Positions 18,996 through 29,032 of a DNA stretch of 32,000 nt are shown here, piece by piece. The notes beneath the pieces are model-generated. The model was not told where the DNA came from. It saw only the letters and a program-made list of their open reading frames with translations, and ran no database searches. The DNA lies in contig NC_008340.1 in the NCBI RefSeq assembly GCF_000014785.1, positions 780,001 to 812,000 on the forward strand, given 5' to 3'. Made by a program: the position numbers and the translations under genes. Each line of letters opens with the position of its first letter. Within the stretch, counting starts at the first letter, position 1. The stretch is from Alkalilimnicola ehrlichii MLHE-1 (GTDB lineage Bacteria; Pseudomonadota; Gammaproteobacteria; Nitrococcales; Halorhodospiraceae).

Positions 18996-19901
18996 ATGAA
19001 GCGCATAGGGCTCTTTCTGCTCACTAACCTGGCGATCCTGGTGGTCCTGGGTGTGGTGTTGTTCATCCTGCAGGCCGTGTTCGGGGTGCGGACCCTGGAT
19101 GAGGCCGGTGTGGGTCTGGACTATACGGGGTTGCTCATCATCGCCGCGGTGATCGGTTTCGGCGGCTCGTTCATCTCCCTGGCCATGTCCAAGTTCATCG
19201 CCAAGCGGATGACCGGGGCCCGCGTTATCGAAAAGCCGCGCAGCGAGGCCGAGCAGTGGCTGGTGGATACCGTGCGCCGCTTTGCCCGCCAGGAGGGCAT
19301 CGGTATGCCGGAGGTGGCGATCTACGACGCCCCGGACATGAACGCCTTTGCCACCGGGGCCCGGCGCAATAACTCCCTGGTGGCGGTGAGCACCGGCCTG
19401 CTGCAGAGCATGACCCGGGACGAGGCCGAGGCGGTGATCGGCCACGAGATCGCCCACATCAGCAACGGCGATATGGTCACCCTGACCCTGATCCAGGGGG
19501 TGGTGAACACCTTTGTGGTCTTCTTCTCGCGCATCATCGGCCATTTCGTCGACCGCGTGGTATTCAAGACCGAGCAAGGGCACGGCCCGGCCTATTTCAT
19601 CACCTCCATCTTCGCCCAGATCGTGCTGGGCATCCTCGCCTCGGTGATCGTCATGTGGTTCTCCCGTCAGCGGGAGTACCGGGCCGATGCCGGTGGCGCC
19701 AAGCTGGCCGGGCGCGACAAGATGATAGCCGCGCTGGAGCGGCTAAAGCGCTCGGTGGACCAGGAGCACCTGCCGGACCAGCTGGAGGCCTTCGGCATCA
19801 ACGGCAACCGCGGTGGCGGCATGAAGGAGTGGTTCATGTCCCACCCGCCGCTGGACGACCGCATCGCCGCGCTGAAGGAGGGCCGTCACCTGCGCGGATG
19901 A
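18996..19901 (+). CDS. htpX: Heat-shock membrane protease HtpX (M48 zinc metalloprotease)
   Basis: [21 protein letters not shown]...; zinc motif [10 protein letters not shown]; [24 protein letters not shown]; [15 protein letters not shown]. Confidence 0.97.
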   Translation: MKRIGLFLLTNLAILVVLGVVLFILQAVFGVRTLDEAGVGLDYTGLLIIAAVIGFGGSFISLAMSKFIAKRMTGARVIEKPRSEAEQWLVDTVRRFARQEGIGMPEVAIYDAPDMNAFATGARRNNSLVAVSTGLLQSMTRDEAEAVIGHEIAHISNGDMVTLTLIQGVVNTFVVFFSRIIGHFVDRVVFKTEQGHGPAYFITSIFAQIVLGILASVIVMWFSRQREYRADAGGAKLAGRDKMIAALERLKRSVDQEHLPDQLEAFGINGNRGGGMKEWFMSHPPLDDRIAALKEGRHLRG

Positions 19902-19943
19902 CGGCGAGTCGCGCCACGGCGGCGTGCAAACCAAGTAGACTCG

Positions 19944-19988
19944 GGGTGCCGTCCTGCCGGCGAGGTGGGGCGGCACCCTTGTTTTCGT
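19944..19988 (+). terminator. Rho-independent terminator after htpX
   Basis: GGGTGCCG...CGGCACCC 8-bp stem followed by TTGTTTTCGT. Confidence 0.65.
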
Positions 19989-20013
19989 CGGGGGGTCGGT
20001 CAAGGGGGGGTAG

Positions 20014-20955
20014 ATGCCTGTCAGCCTGAGCCTGCGCAATCCGGTGGTCCTGGCGGTGCTGGGTCTGGTGGCGACCACCCTGTTTTGGGGGGGCAACGCG
20101 GTGGTGGCCCGCGCCACCTCCGAGTGGTTCCCGCCCTTCACTCTGTCCTTCCTGCGCTGGGTGCTGGCGCTGCTCATTATCCTGCCCTTCGCCTGGGGCC
20201 AGATCCGCGCCTACCGCGAGACCATCCGCCGCCACTGGCGCATCCTCTGGGTGCTGGCCGCGCTCAGCGTGGGCCTGTTCAACACCCTGCTGTACCTGGC
20301 TGCCCAGTTCACCACGGCCACCAACATCACCCTGGTCAACTCCACCATGCCGGTGGTCATCGGGCTGATGGCGCTGCTCTTCTTCGGCCAGCGCCCGCGC
20401 AGCCATGAGTTGCTGGGCATCGTACTGGCCTTTCTTGGCGTCCTGGCCATTGTCAGTCAGGGTGACCGCGAGGTGTTGCTCAACCTGGAGCTCAATCCGG
20501 GCGATCTGGTGATGCTGCTGGCGGTCTGCTGCTGGGGGCTCTATTCGTTGCTGCTCAAACGCTACGGGCCGGATATCCCGGCGGTCCCGATGCTGGCGGT
20601 GATGGTCGCCATGGGCATCCCGGTGATCGTGCCCTTCCTGGTCTGGGAGTTGATCATGGTGGGGCCGGTGCAGGGCACCGTCATGGAGATGCTGCCGCCG
20701 CTGATCTACGTGGGCATCTTCCCCTCGCTGCTGGCCTATCTTTTCTGGAACAACGGGGTACACGTGCTGGGGCCCGCGCGCACGGCGCTGTTCATCTATC
20801 TGGTGCCGGTGTTCGGCTCGGCGCTGGCCATCCTCTTTCTGGGTGAGCGCCTGGAGCCCTACCACGGGGTGGGGGCGGCGGCCATCCTGGCCGGGCTTTA
20901 CGTGGCCACCCGGGGTTTGCCGGGCCGCCGGCCGGTCGAAGAGGAGCACCCTTGA
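20014..20955 (+). CDS. EamA/DMT superfamily transporter
   Basis: About 10 hydrophobic segments; LFWGGNAVVARATSEWFPPFTLSFLRWVLALL...; two EamA-like halves (ALAILFLGERLEPYHGVGAAAILAGLYV). Confidence 0.88.
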   Translation: MPVSLSLRNPVVLAVLGLVATTLFWGGNAVVARATSEWFPPFTLSFLRWVLALLIILPFAWGQIRAYRETIRRHWRILWVLAALSVGLFNTLLYLAAQFTTATNITLVNSTMPVVIGLMALLFFGQRPRSHELLGIVLAFLGVLAIVSQGDREVLLNLELNPGDLVMLLAVCCWGLYSLLLKRYGPDIPAVPMLAVMVAMGIPVIVPFLVWELIMVGPVQGTVMEMLPPLIYVGIFPSLLAYLFWNNGVHVLGPARTALFIYLVPVFGSALAILFLGERLEPYHGVGAAAILAGLYVATRGLPGRRPVEEEHP

Positions 20956-21009
20956 CGGCAGCCCGGGGCCTTCTGTGGCCGGCCCGGCGGGCTGCCGCGA
21001 CGCGGCGCC

Positions 21010-21288
21010 TCACGCCTCGTCGGGGGTAAGGGCCTTGATCCCCAGGGCGTGGATGATGTCGTTGCGCATGGCATCACCCATGGCGCCGTAGACCTTGCGA
21101 TGGCGCTGTAGGGTGTTCAGCCCCGCAAAGTCCGGGCTGACCACCCGCACCTGGTAGTGCCCGCCCCCGGCTTGGGCCCCGGCGTGACCGGCGTGCTTGT
21201 GGCTGTCGTCCTGGATCTCCAGGCTGTGGACATCCAATGCCTGCTCCAGGCGCTGGCGGATCATCTCAACGCGTTCGTTTCCACTCAC
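21010..21288 (-). CDS. bolA: BolA family protein (GTG start at 21288, or ATG at 21264)
   Basis: [88 protein letters not shown]; hallmark DSHKHAGH and FxGLxxlxRHRxVY. Confidence 0.92.
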   Translation of the reverse strand: MSGNERVEMIRQRLEQALDVHSLEIQDDSHKHAGHAGAQAGGGHYQVRVVSPDFAGLNTLQRHRKVYGAMGDAMRNDIIHALGIKALTPDEA

Positions 21289-21584
21289 GGCAACACCTTC
21301 TTGAACGGCTTGACGGTGACCCTTTCGTAGGCACCCACATCCAGGTAGGGGTCGGCATTGGCCCACGCCTTTGCCGCCTCCAGGCTGGGAAACTCCGCGA
21401 CCACCAGGCTGCCGGAGAAACCCGCCTCGCCCGGATCCTCGGCGTCGATGGCCGGGTGGGGGCCGGCGATCAGCAGCCGGCCCTCGTCCCTTAGGGCCTC
21501 CAGCCGTGCCAGGTGGGCGGGCCGGGCCTCTTTGCGCAAGGGCAGGCTGTTGGGCACGTCCTCGCTGATGATGGCGTAATACAT
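21285..21584 (-). CDS. yciI: YciI family protein
   Basis: [47 protein letters not shown]...[41 protein letters not shown]. Confidence 0.9.
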   Translation of the reverse strand: MYYAIISEDVPNSLPLRKEARPAHLARLEALRDEGRLLIAGPHPAIDAEDPGEAGFSGSLVVAEFPSLEAAKAWANADPYLDVGAYERVTVKPFKKVLP

Positions 21585-21778
21585 GGCGCTCCCTCAGGTA
21601 CAGGAATGACTGGACGGATATGCTACACCGCCCTGCCGCGGAGTAGCAGCCCGGACCGGGCCTGGCGCCGGCCACCGTCGTGCATGATAGGGTGACAGTG
21701 CCATGATTACGGGATACCGAGCTGATCGGTGTGCCCGCAAGAATAACAGCGAACCGGCAGCACTCAGGAGGAGCGCCC

Positions 21779-22402
21779 ATGAGCCAGTACTTTGAGATCC
21801 ACCCCGTCACCCCTCAGGTTCGCCTGGTGAAACGGACCGTGGAGATCATCCGCGCGGGCGGTGTCATCGCCTACCCCACCGACTCCAGTTACGCGTTGGG
21901 TTGCGGCATCGGGGAGAAGCAGGCCGTGGACCGCATCCGCCAGATCCGCCGTCTGCGCGAGGACCACAACTTCACCCTGGCCTGCCGCGATCTCTCCGAT
22001 ATCGGCACCTACGCCCGGGTGGAGAACTACGCCTACCGCCTGCTCAAGTCGCACACCCCGGGCCCCTACACCTTCATCCTGAAGGCCACCTCCAAGGTGC
22101 CCCGTCTGCTCCAGCACCCGAAGAAAAAGACCATCGGCATCCGCGTGCCCGACCACCCCACCACCCAGGCCATCCTGGAAGAGCTGGGCGAGCCGCTGAT
22201 GACGGTCAGCCTCATCATGCCCGATGACGACATGCCTATCACCGACCCGGTGGACATTCGCGCGGCCCTGGAGCACCAGGTGGATGCCGTCATCGACGGC
22301 GGTCCCGGCGGGTTGGAGCCCAGCACCGTGGTGGATCTCTCCGGTGAGGCCCCGCGGGTCCTGCGCGAGGGTGCCGGCGATCCGTCGGTCTTCGAGGGCT
22401 GA
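21779..22402 (+). CDS. yciO: L-threonylcarbamoyladenylate synthase family protein (YciO/Sua5-YrdC type)
   Basis: GGVIAYPTDSSYALGCGIGEKQAVDRIRQIRRLREDHNFTLACRDLSDIGTYARVENYAYRLLKSHTPGPYTFILKAT...; start ATG 21779 preceded by CAGGAGG. Confidence 0.88.
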   Translation: MSQYFEIHPVTPQVRLVKRTVEIIRAGGVIAYPTDSSYALGCGIGEKQAVDRIRQIRRLREDHNFTLACRDLSDIGTYARVENYAYRLLKSHTPGPYTFILKATSKVPRLLQHPKKKTIGIRVPDHPTTQAILEELGEPLMTVSLIMPDDDMPITDPVDIRAALEHQVDAVIDGGPGGLEPSTVVDLSGEAPRVLREGAGDPSVFEG

Positions 22403-22447
22403 GGCGGAGAGCGGATTCGGTTATCATCGCCCTCCGAGTGGCACGTT

Positions 22448-22651
22448 CAGCGGGCTGCAGTGGCCGGGGCGTATGGCCGGCAGGCCGACTTTTGCGCACC
22501 GAGCAACGCAGCAAATGAGCGGAAACAAGGCGCGCCTGTTCGAGCGAAGCGAGTTCGCGCCGCCGCTCCTTTGCGAGTAGCGCAGGGCACCCCGAAGGGG
22601 TGCGCAATTGGAGGCCTGCCGGCCATACGCCCCGGCCACTGCAGACCGCTG
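22448..22651. repeat. ~204-bp imperfect palindromic element between yciO and trpS (candidate MITE-like or structured RNA element)
   Basis: 53-bp terminal arms: cagcgggctgcagtggccggggcgtatggccggcaggccgacttttgcgcacc against the reverse complement of the right arm, cagcggtctgcagtggccggggcgtatggccggcaggcctccaattgcgcacc. Internal hairpins GGCGCG...CGCGCC (22529-22561) and GCACCCC-GAA-GGGGTGC (22587-22603). Confidence 0.85.
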
Positions 22652-22709
22652 AGCCCGGCACGCAAAGCCACAGAACCCGAATCGGCCTGATCCACACTGG
22701 AGGCAATCT

Positions 22710-23924
22710 TTGGCCAATCTTAATGCCCAAAGCCGAGTCCTGTCCGGCATGCGGCCCACCGGCCGCCTGCACCTGGGGCACTACCACGGGGTCCTCAAGA
22801 ACTGGGTGCGCCTGCAGCAGGAACACGAGTGCTTCTTCTTCGTGGCCGACTGGCACGCACTCACCACCCAGTACGACGACACCCGCGGCATTGCCCAATC
22901 CGGCTGGGACATGGTCATCGACTGGCTCGCCTGCGGGGTGAACCCCAATATGGCTCGGCTGTTCATTCAGTCCAAGGTGCCCGAGCACGCCGAACTGCAC
23001 CTGCTGCTCTCCATGATCACCCCCCTGGGCTGGCTGGAGCGCGTGCCCACCTACAAGGACCAGCAGGAACAGCTGCGCGAGAAGGACCTGGCCACCTACG
23101 GCTTTCTGGGCTACCCGCTGCTGCAGAGCGCCGACATCCTGGTCTACAAGGCCACCGCCGTGCCCGTGGGCGAGGACCAGGTGGCCCACGTGGAGATCAC
23201 CCGCGAGGTGGCGCGCCGGTTCAACCACTTCTACGGTGTGGAGCCCGACTTCATCGAGCGGGCCGAAGAGGCCATCAAGAAGATGGGCAAGAAGAACGCC
23301 CGGGTCTACCGCGACCTGCGCCGGCGCTACCAGGAGCAGGGCGAGCACGAGGCCCTGGACGTGGCCCGTGCCCTGCTCGACAACCAGCAGAACATCACCC
23401 TGGCGGACCGCGAGCGCCTGCACGGCTACCTGGACGGTACCGGCCGCAACGTCCTGCCCGAGCCCCAGGCCCTGCTCACCCCGCACGCCAAGATGCCGGG
23501 CCTGGACGGACGCAAGATGTCCAAGTCCTACAACAATTTCATCGGCCTGCGTGAGGATGCGGAATCGGTCCGCAAGAAGGTCCGCACCATGCAGACCGAC
23601 CCGGCCCGGGTCCGTCGGACCGACCCGGGCAATCCGGAAAAATGCCCGGTTTGGGACTTTCACAAGCTCTACTCCGGTGAGGCTGATCGAGACTGGGTCT
23701 GGAAGGGCTGCACCACCGCGGGTATCGGCTGCATCGACTGCAAGATGTGCATGCTCGAGGGTATGGAAAAGGAACTGGGGCCCATCCGCGAGCGGGGCCA
23801 TGAGTTCGAGAACGACATGGACACCGTGCGCAGTATCGTCAACGAAGGGTGCGAGGCCGCTCGCAGCGAGGCCCGCGAGACCCTGGACGAAGTGCGCGAT
23901 GCCATGGGGCTGACCTATCGGTGA
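22710..23924 (+). CDS. trpS: Tryptophanyl-tRNA synthetase (TTG start after GGAGG, or ATG at 22749)
   Basis: SGMRPTGRLHLGHYHGVLKNW; CGVNPNMARLFIQSKVPEHAEL; GRKMSKSYNNFIGL (KMSKS). Confidence 0.97.
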   Translation: MANLNAQSRVLSGMRPTGRLHLGHYHGVLKNWVRLQQEHECFFFVADWHALTTQYDDTRGIAQSGWDMVIDWLACGVNPNMARLFIQSKVPEHAELHLLLSMITPLGWLERVPTYKDQQEQLREKDLATYGFLGYPLLQSADILVYKATAVPVGEDQVAHVEITREVARRFNHFYGVEPDFIERAEEAIKKMGKKNARVYRDLRRRYQEQGEHEALDVARALLDNQQNITLADRERLHGYLDGTGRNVLPEPQALLTPHAKMPGLDGRKMSKSYNNFIGLREDAESVRKKVRTMQTDPARVRRTDPGNPEKCPVWDFHKLYSGEADRDWVWKGCTTAGIGCIDCKMCMLEGMEKELGPIRERGHEFENDMDTVRSIVNEGCEAARSEARETLDEVRDAMGLTYR

Positions 23925-24751
23925 GCGTGATTACCTCCGACAGCGCGGCCCCCGGGCCGGCGGAGGCGCTGGCCGGGGCCGGTGGCCAGGCCCTGGCGCG
24001 GGTCGCCGGGGAGCCGGTCACCGACCTGCCTGAGGACCTCTACATCCCGCCGGATGCGCTGGAGGTCTTCCTGGAGACCTTTGAAGGGCCGCTCGACCTG
24101 CTGCTCTACCTGATTCGGCGCCAGAACCTCGACGTGCGCGATATCCCCATCGCCGAGATCACCCGCCAGTACATGCGTTACGTGGAGCTGATGCACGAAC
24201 TGCGTCTGGAGCTGGCCGCCGAGTATCTGGTGATGGCCGCCATGCTGGCCGAGATCAAGTCACGCATGCTGCTGCCGCGCCCGCCGGCCAGTGAGGAGGA
24301 AGAGGCCGACCCCCGCGCCGAGCTGGTGCGCCGGCTGCAGGAGTACGAGCGCTACAAGCAGGCCGCCGAGGACCTGGACCAGTTACCGCGCCTGGCTCGC
24401 GACGTCTTCCCGGTGCGGGTGGCCGCCGAGGGCTGCCAGCCGCGCCAGCGCGAGCCCGAGGTGAGTATGCAGGAGCTGCTGTTGGCCTTCGCCGAAGTGC
24501 TGCGCCGCTCCAGCCATTACGAACACCACCAGGTGCAGAAGGAGGCCCTGTCTGTGCGCGAGCGCATGACCGAGGTGCTGGGCCGGCTGGATACCGAGCA
24601 CTACTGCTGTTTCACCCAGCTCTTTCCCCGGCGGGAGGGTCGCATGGGCCTGGTGGTGAGCTTTCTGGCGGTGCTGGAATTGGTCAAGGAGGCCCTCATC
24701 GAGCTGACCCAGAACGAACCGTACGCGCCCATCTACGTCCGCGCCCGCTGA
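23921..24751 (+). CDS. scpA: Segregation and condensation protein A
   Basis: LEVFLETFEGPLDLLLYLIRRQNLDVRDIPIAEITRQYMRYVELMHELRLELAAEYLVMAAMLAEIKSRMLLPRPP; GTG start overlaps the trpS stop. Confidence 0.94.
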   Translation: MSVITSDSAAPGPAEALAGAGGQALARVAGEPVTDLPEDLYIPPDALEVFLETFEGPLDLLLYLIRRQNLDVRDIPIAEITRQYMRYVELMHELRLELAAEYLVMAAMLAEIKSRMLLPRPPASEEEEADPRAELVRRLQEYERYKQAAEDLDQLPRLARDVFPVRVAAEGCQPRQREPEVSMQELLLAFAEVLRRSSHYEHHQVQKEALSVRERMTEVLGRLDTEHYCCFTQLFPRREGRMGLVVSFLAVLELVKEALIELTQNEPYAPIYVRAR

Positions 24752-24754
24752 GCC

Positions 24755-25339
24755 ATGCCCGCCAACCCGCCTGTCAAATATGTCCTGGAGGCCGCACTGA
24801 TGGCCGCGGAGGGGACCCTCGATCTGGACCAGATGCAGGGCCTGTTCGACCCGGCGCTGGCCCCCGACCGCCAGACCCTGCGCCAGGCCCTGGCCGAGCT
24901 GCGCCAGGACTACGAGGGCCGCGGGCTGGAGGTGAAACAGGTGGCCAGCGGCTGGCGTATCCAGGTCCGGGAGGCCTACGCCCCCTGGGTTTCAAGGCTG
25001 TGGGAGGAGAAGCCCGGGCGCTACTCCCGGGCCCTGCTGGAGACCCTCGCCATCATCGCCTACCGCCAGCCGGTGACCCGCGGCGAGATAGAGGACATCC
25101 GCGGGGTGACGGTGAGCAGCTCCATCATGCGCACCCTCACCGATCGCGGCTGGGTGCGTATCGTTGGCCACAAGGATGTCCCCGGCCGTCCGGGGCTCTA
25201 CGCCACCACCCCCGCCTTCCTGGATTACTTCAACCTCAGTAGCCTGAGCGAACTGCCCGACCTGACCAGTCTGAACGACCCCGACAACCCGGAAATGGAA
25301 CTGCCCCTGCCGGACCCGGACGACCCGGACGCCCCGTAA
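24755..25339 (+). CDS. scpB: Segregation and condensation protein B
   Basis: VLEAALMAAEGTLDLDQMQGLF...LLETLAIIAYRQPVTRGEIEDIRGVTVSSSIMRTLTDRGWVRIVGHKDVPGRPGLYATTPAFLDYFNLSSLSELPDL. Confidence 0.94.
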   Translation: MPANPPVKYVLEAALMAAEGTLDLDQMQGLFDPALAPDRQTLRQALAELRQDYEGRGLEVKQVASGWRIQVREAYAPWVSRLWEEKPGRYSRALLETLAIIAYRQPVTRGEIEDIRGVTVSSSIMRTLTDRGWVRIVGHKDVPGRPGLYATTPAFLDYFNLSSLSELPDLTSLNDPDNPEMELPLPDPDDPDAP

Positions 25340-25342
25340 ACC

Positions 25343-25830
25343 ATTGCGAGGGCCAAAGGCTTTCCCCCGTCATCGCGAGGGCCAAAGGCTTTCCCCCGTC
25401 ATCGCGAGGGCCGAAGGCTTTCCCCCCGTCATCGCGAGGGCCGAAGGCCCGTGGCGATCCAGAGGGGTAGACTGCCACGTCGCTTCGCTCCTCGCAGTGA
25501 CGATGGAGGTGGGTCCGCAGTGACGGTGGGGGCGACTTGCCGCTTCCGGTACAGTCCAGTTCTTCAAGAGGGCCGCCGCCTCCTCCCCGTCATCGCGAGG
25601 GCCGAAGGCCCGTGGCGATCCAGAGGGGTAGACTGCCACGTCGGCTTCGCCTCCTCGCAGTGACGGTGGGGGTGGGCCTCCTCGCAGTGACGGTGGGGGG
25701 TGCCCCTTCCCGCAGTTACGGTGGGGGTGCCCCTTCCCGCAGTGACGGTGGGGACGGCACCACCCCCGTCATCGCGAGGAGCGCAGCGACGCGGCGATCC
25801 AGACGCCCGCCTGGACTGCCACGCCCCCGC
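25343..25830 (-). repeat. Palindromic repeat cluster 5: two complete inverted-orientation copies, one chimeric copy and tandem half-units
   Basis: Complete copies at 25428-25501 and 25590-25664; variant at about 25768-25825. Tandem single arms (gtcatcgcgagggccaaaggctttccccc)xn at ~25345-25427 and (cgcagtgacggtgggggtgcc)xn at ~25650-25760. Confidence 0.88.
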
Positions 25831-25913
25831 CGGGGGGTCGCCGTGAAGGTGGGGTTGGGCCGCGCTCGTAGTGGCGGTAGGGACGGCACCACCCCCGCGA
25901 TGCCGGTGAGGAT

Positions 25914-26084
25914 TTAAATCCGGATCTTGTAGGTACCGGTGGCGCTGCGGATGATCACTTCGCCTTGGTAGCCGTACAGCTCCGCAACCTGGCGTGCCAC
26001 CCGCAGTGCGCCGGGCTCGGACTTCGCGCTGGCCAGGTGCTTCACATGCCCGTGGGCGTCGTAATAACTGATTTCCCAGCCCAT
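25914..26084 (-). CDS. Small hypothetical protein (56 aa from internal ATG 26084; track ORF extends to 26231)
   Basis: MGWEISYYDAHGHVKHLASAKSEPGALRVARQVAELYGYQGEVIIRSATGTYKIRI; compact plausible composition, but no clear RBS and no recognised family. Confidence 0.35.
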   Translation of the reverse strand: MGWEISYYDAHGHVKHLASAKSEPGALRVARQVAELYGYQGEVIIRSATGTYKIRI

Positions 26085-26229
26085 GCGGTGCTGCACCAGT
26101 TCGATCACGGGACAGGGAAAGGGTCTGCGACGGGCCTGCAAGGTGTGATCTCCTCTATCGCCTGGATAGGAATTGGAATAACTCAAAGAGTACCAATCTG
26201 GTCCGGTATCCGTTACAATCCAGACCATC

Positions 26230-26691
26230 ATGGTACGGATTAACAGAGAAACCGACTACGGCATAGGCATCCTGACGGCCATGGCGCGGGCGCCGGAGCA
26301 GCGTTTCAGCACCGTCCGCCTCGCTGATCAGCAGGGCCTGCCGCAGCCTATGGTGGCCAAGATCCTCAAGAATCTGGCCCGCGCGGGGATTCTCGTCTCC
26401 TACCGTGGCGCCAAGGGCGGCTATGGGCTGGCGCGTCCCGCCCGTCAGATCTCGGTGGCCGAGATCATTACCGCCCTTGAGGGGCCCATTGCCTTCACCG
26501 AGTGTGTGGAGGAGGGCGTGGATGCCTGCCAGTACGGCGATGCCTGCACCACCAGTGCCAACTGGTGGCGGATCAGCCAGGTGGTGCAGCATGCCCTGGG
26601 CAGCATCAGCCTGAAGGACATGAGCGAGCCGGTGGTGCCGTTGCGCATGATGGCGCCCCGGGCCGGCTCCCTCAAGGGGGATGCTTCGTGA
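26230..26691 (+). CDS. sufR: Rrf2 family Fe-S responsive regulator of the SUF operon (SufR/IscR-like)
   Basis: MVRINRETDYGIGILTAMARAPEQRFSTVRLADQQGLPQPMVAKILKNLARAGILVSYRGAKGGYGLARP; cysteines C-x7-C-x5-C in TECVEEGVDACQYGDACTTS; immediately upstream of sufB. Confidence 0.85.
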   Translation: MVRINRETDYGIGILTAMARAPEQRFSTVRLADQQGLPQPMVAKILKNLARAGILVSYRGAKGGYGLARPARQISVAEIITALEGPIAFTECVEEGVDACQYGDACTTSANWWRISQVVQHALGSISLKDMSEPVVPLRMMAPRAGSLKGDAS

Positions 26692-26766
26692 GCCGGTGCC
26701 CGGCGCCCGCTCACCAAGCATGTCCCCAGAAAACCAATCGTTCATCAACTGAACGGAGCAGCAGCC

Positions 26767-28215
<1,449 letters not shown>

Positions 28216-28272
28216 ACGCGCCTTTGGCGATCAGTTGGACGAACACTCAAGAGATACGAAACGGAGTACGAG

Positions 28273-29022
28273 ATGCTGAAGATCAGAAACCTGCATGCCC
28301 GGGTGGAAGACACCGAGATCCTCAAGGGCGTGAACCTGGAGATCGGCGAGGGCGAGGTGCACGCCATCATGGGCCCGAACGGCTCGGGCAAGAGCACCCT
28401 GTCCAAGGTCCTGGCCGGTGACGAGAACTACGAGGTCACCGCCGGCGAGGTTCTGTTCCGCGGCAAGGACCTGCTGGAGCTGGAGCCGGAAGAGCGCGCC
28501 GGCGAGGGTGTCTTCCTCGGCTTCCAGTACCCGGTGGAAGTGCCTGGCGTCTCCAACGTCTACTTCCTCAAGACCGCCATCAACTCCGTGCGCAAGTACC
28601 GTGGCGAGCCGGAGCTGTCCGCCATCGAGGTGCTGCGTCACATCAAGGACGCTGCCAAGATGGTGAAGATGGGCGATGAGCTGGTGAACCGCCCGGTCAA
28701 CGAAGGCTTCTCCGGCGGTGAGAAAAAGCGCAACGAGATCTTCCAGATGGCCGCTCTGGCCCCGCACATGGCGATCCTGGACGAGACCGATTCCGGGCTG
28801 GATATCGACGCCCTGCGCATCGTCTCGGAGGGCGTCAATAGCATGCGCCATCCGCACCGCTCCTTCCTGCTGATCACCCACTATCAGCGGCTGCTGAACT
28901 ACATCAAGCCCGACCATGTGCATGTGATGCTGGACGGCAAGATCGTTAAGTCCGGCGATTACACCCTGGCCCTGGAGCTGGAGGAGTCCGGCTACGCCCT
29001 GTTCGGTGAAAACGCGGCCTGA
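28273..29022 (+). CDS. sufC: Fe-S cluster assembly ATPase SufC
   Basis: MLKIRNLHARVEDTEILKGVNLEIGEGEVHAIMGPNGSGKSTLSKVLAG; FSGGEKKRNEIFQMAALAPHMAILDETDSGLDIDAL. Confidence 0.97.
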   Translation: MLKIRNLHARVEDTEILKGVNLEIGEGEVHAIMGPNGSGKSTLSKVLAGDENYEVTAGEVLFRGKDLLELEPEERAGEGVFLGFQYPVEVPGVSNVYFLKTAINSVRKYRGEPELSAIEVLRHIKDAAKMVKMGDELVNRPVNEGFSGGEKKRNEIFQMAALAPHMAILDETDSGLDIDALRIVSEGVNSMRHPHRSFLLITHYQRLLNYIKPDHVHVMLDGKIVKSGDYTLALELEESGYALFGENAA

Positions 29023-29032
29023 GGAGGAGCGA

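Noticed and set aside
22424-22759. Short ORFs in and around the yciO-trpS palindrome (FERSEFAPPLLCE-like peptides)
   Set aside because: Overlap a DNA palindrome, occur on both strands with similar peptides (symmetry artefact), and lack credible starts.
26686-26713. GTGAGC...GCTCAC inverted repeat between sufR and sufB
   Set aside because: Only a 6-bp stem with a 15-nt loop and no T-run; too weak to call a terminator or operator.
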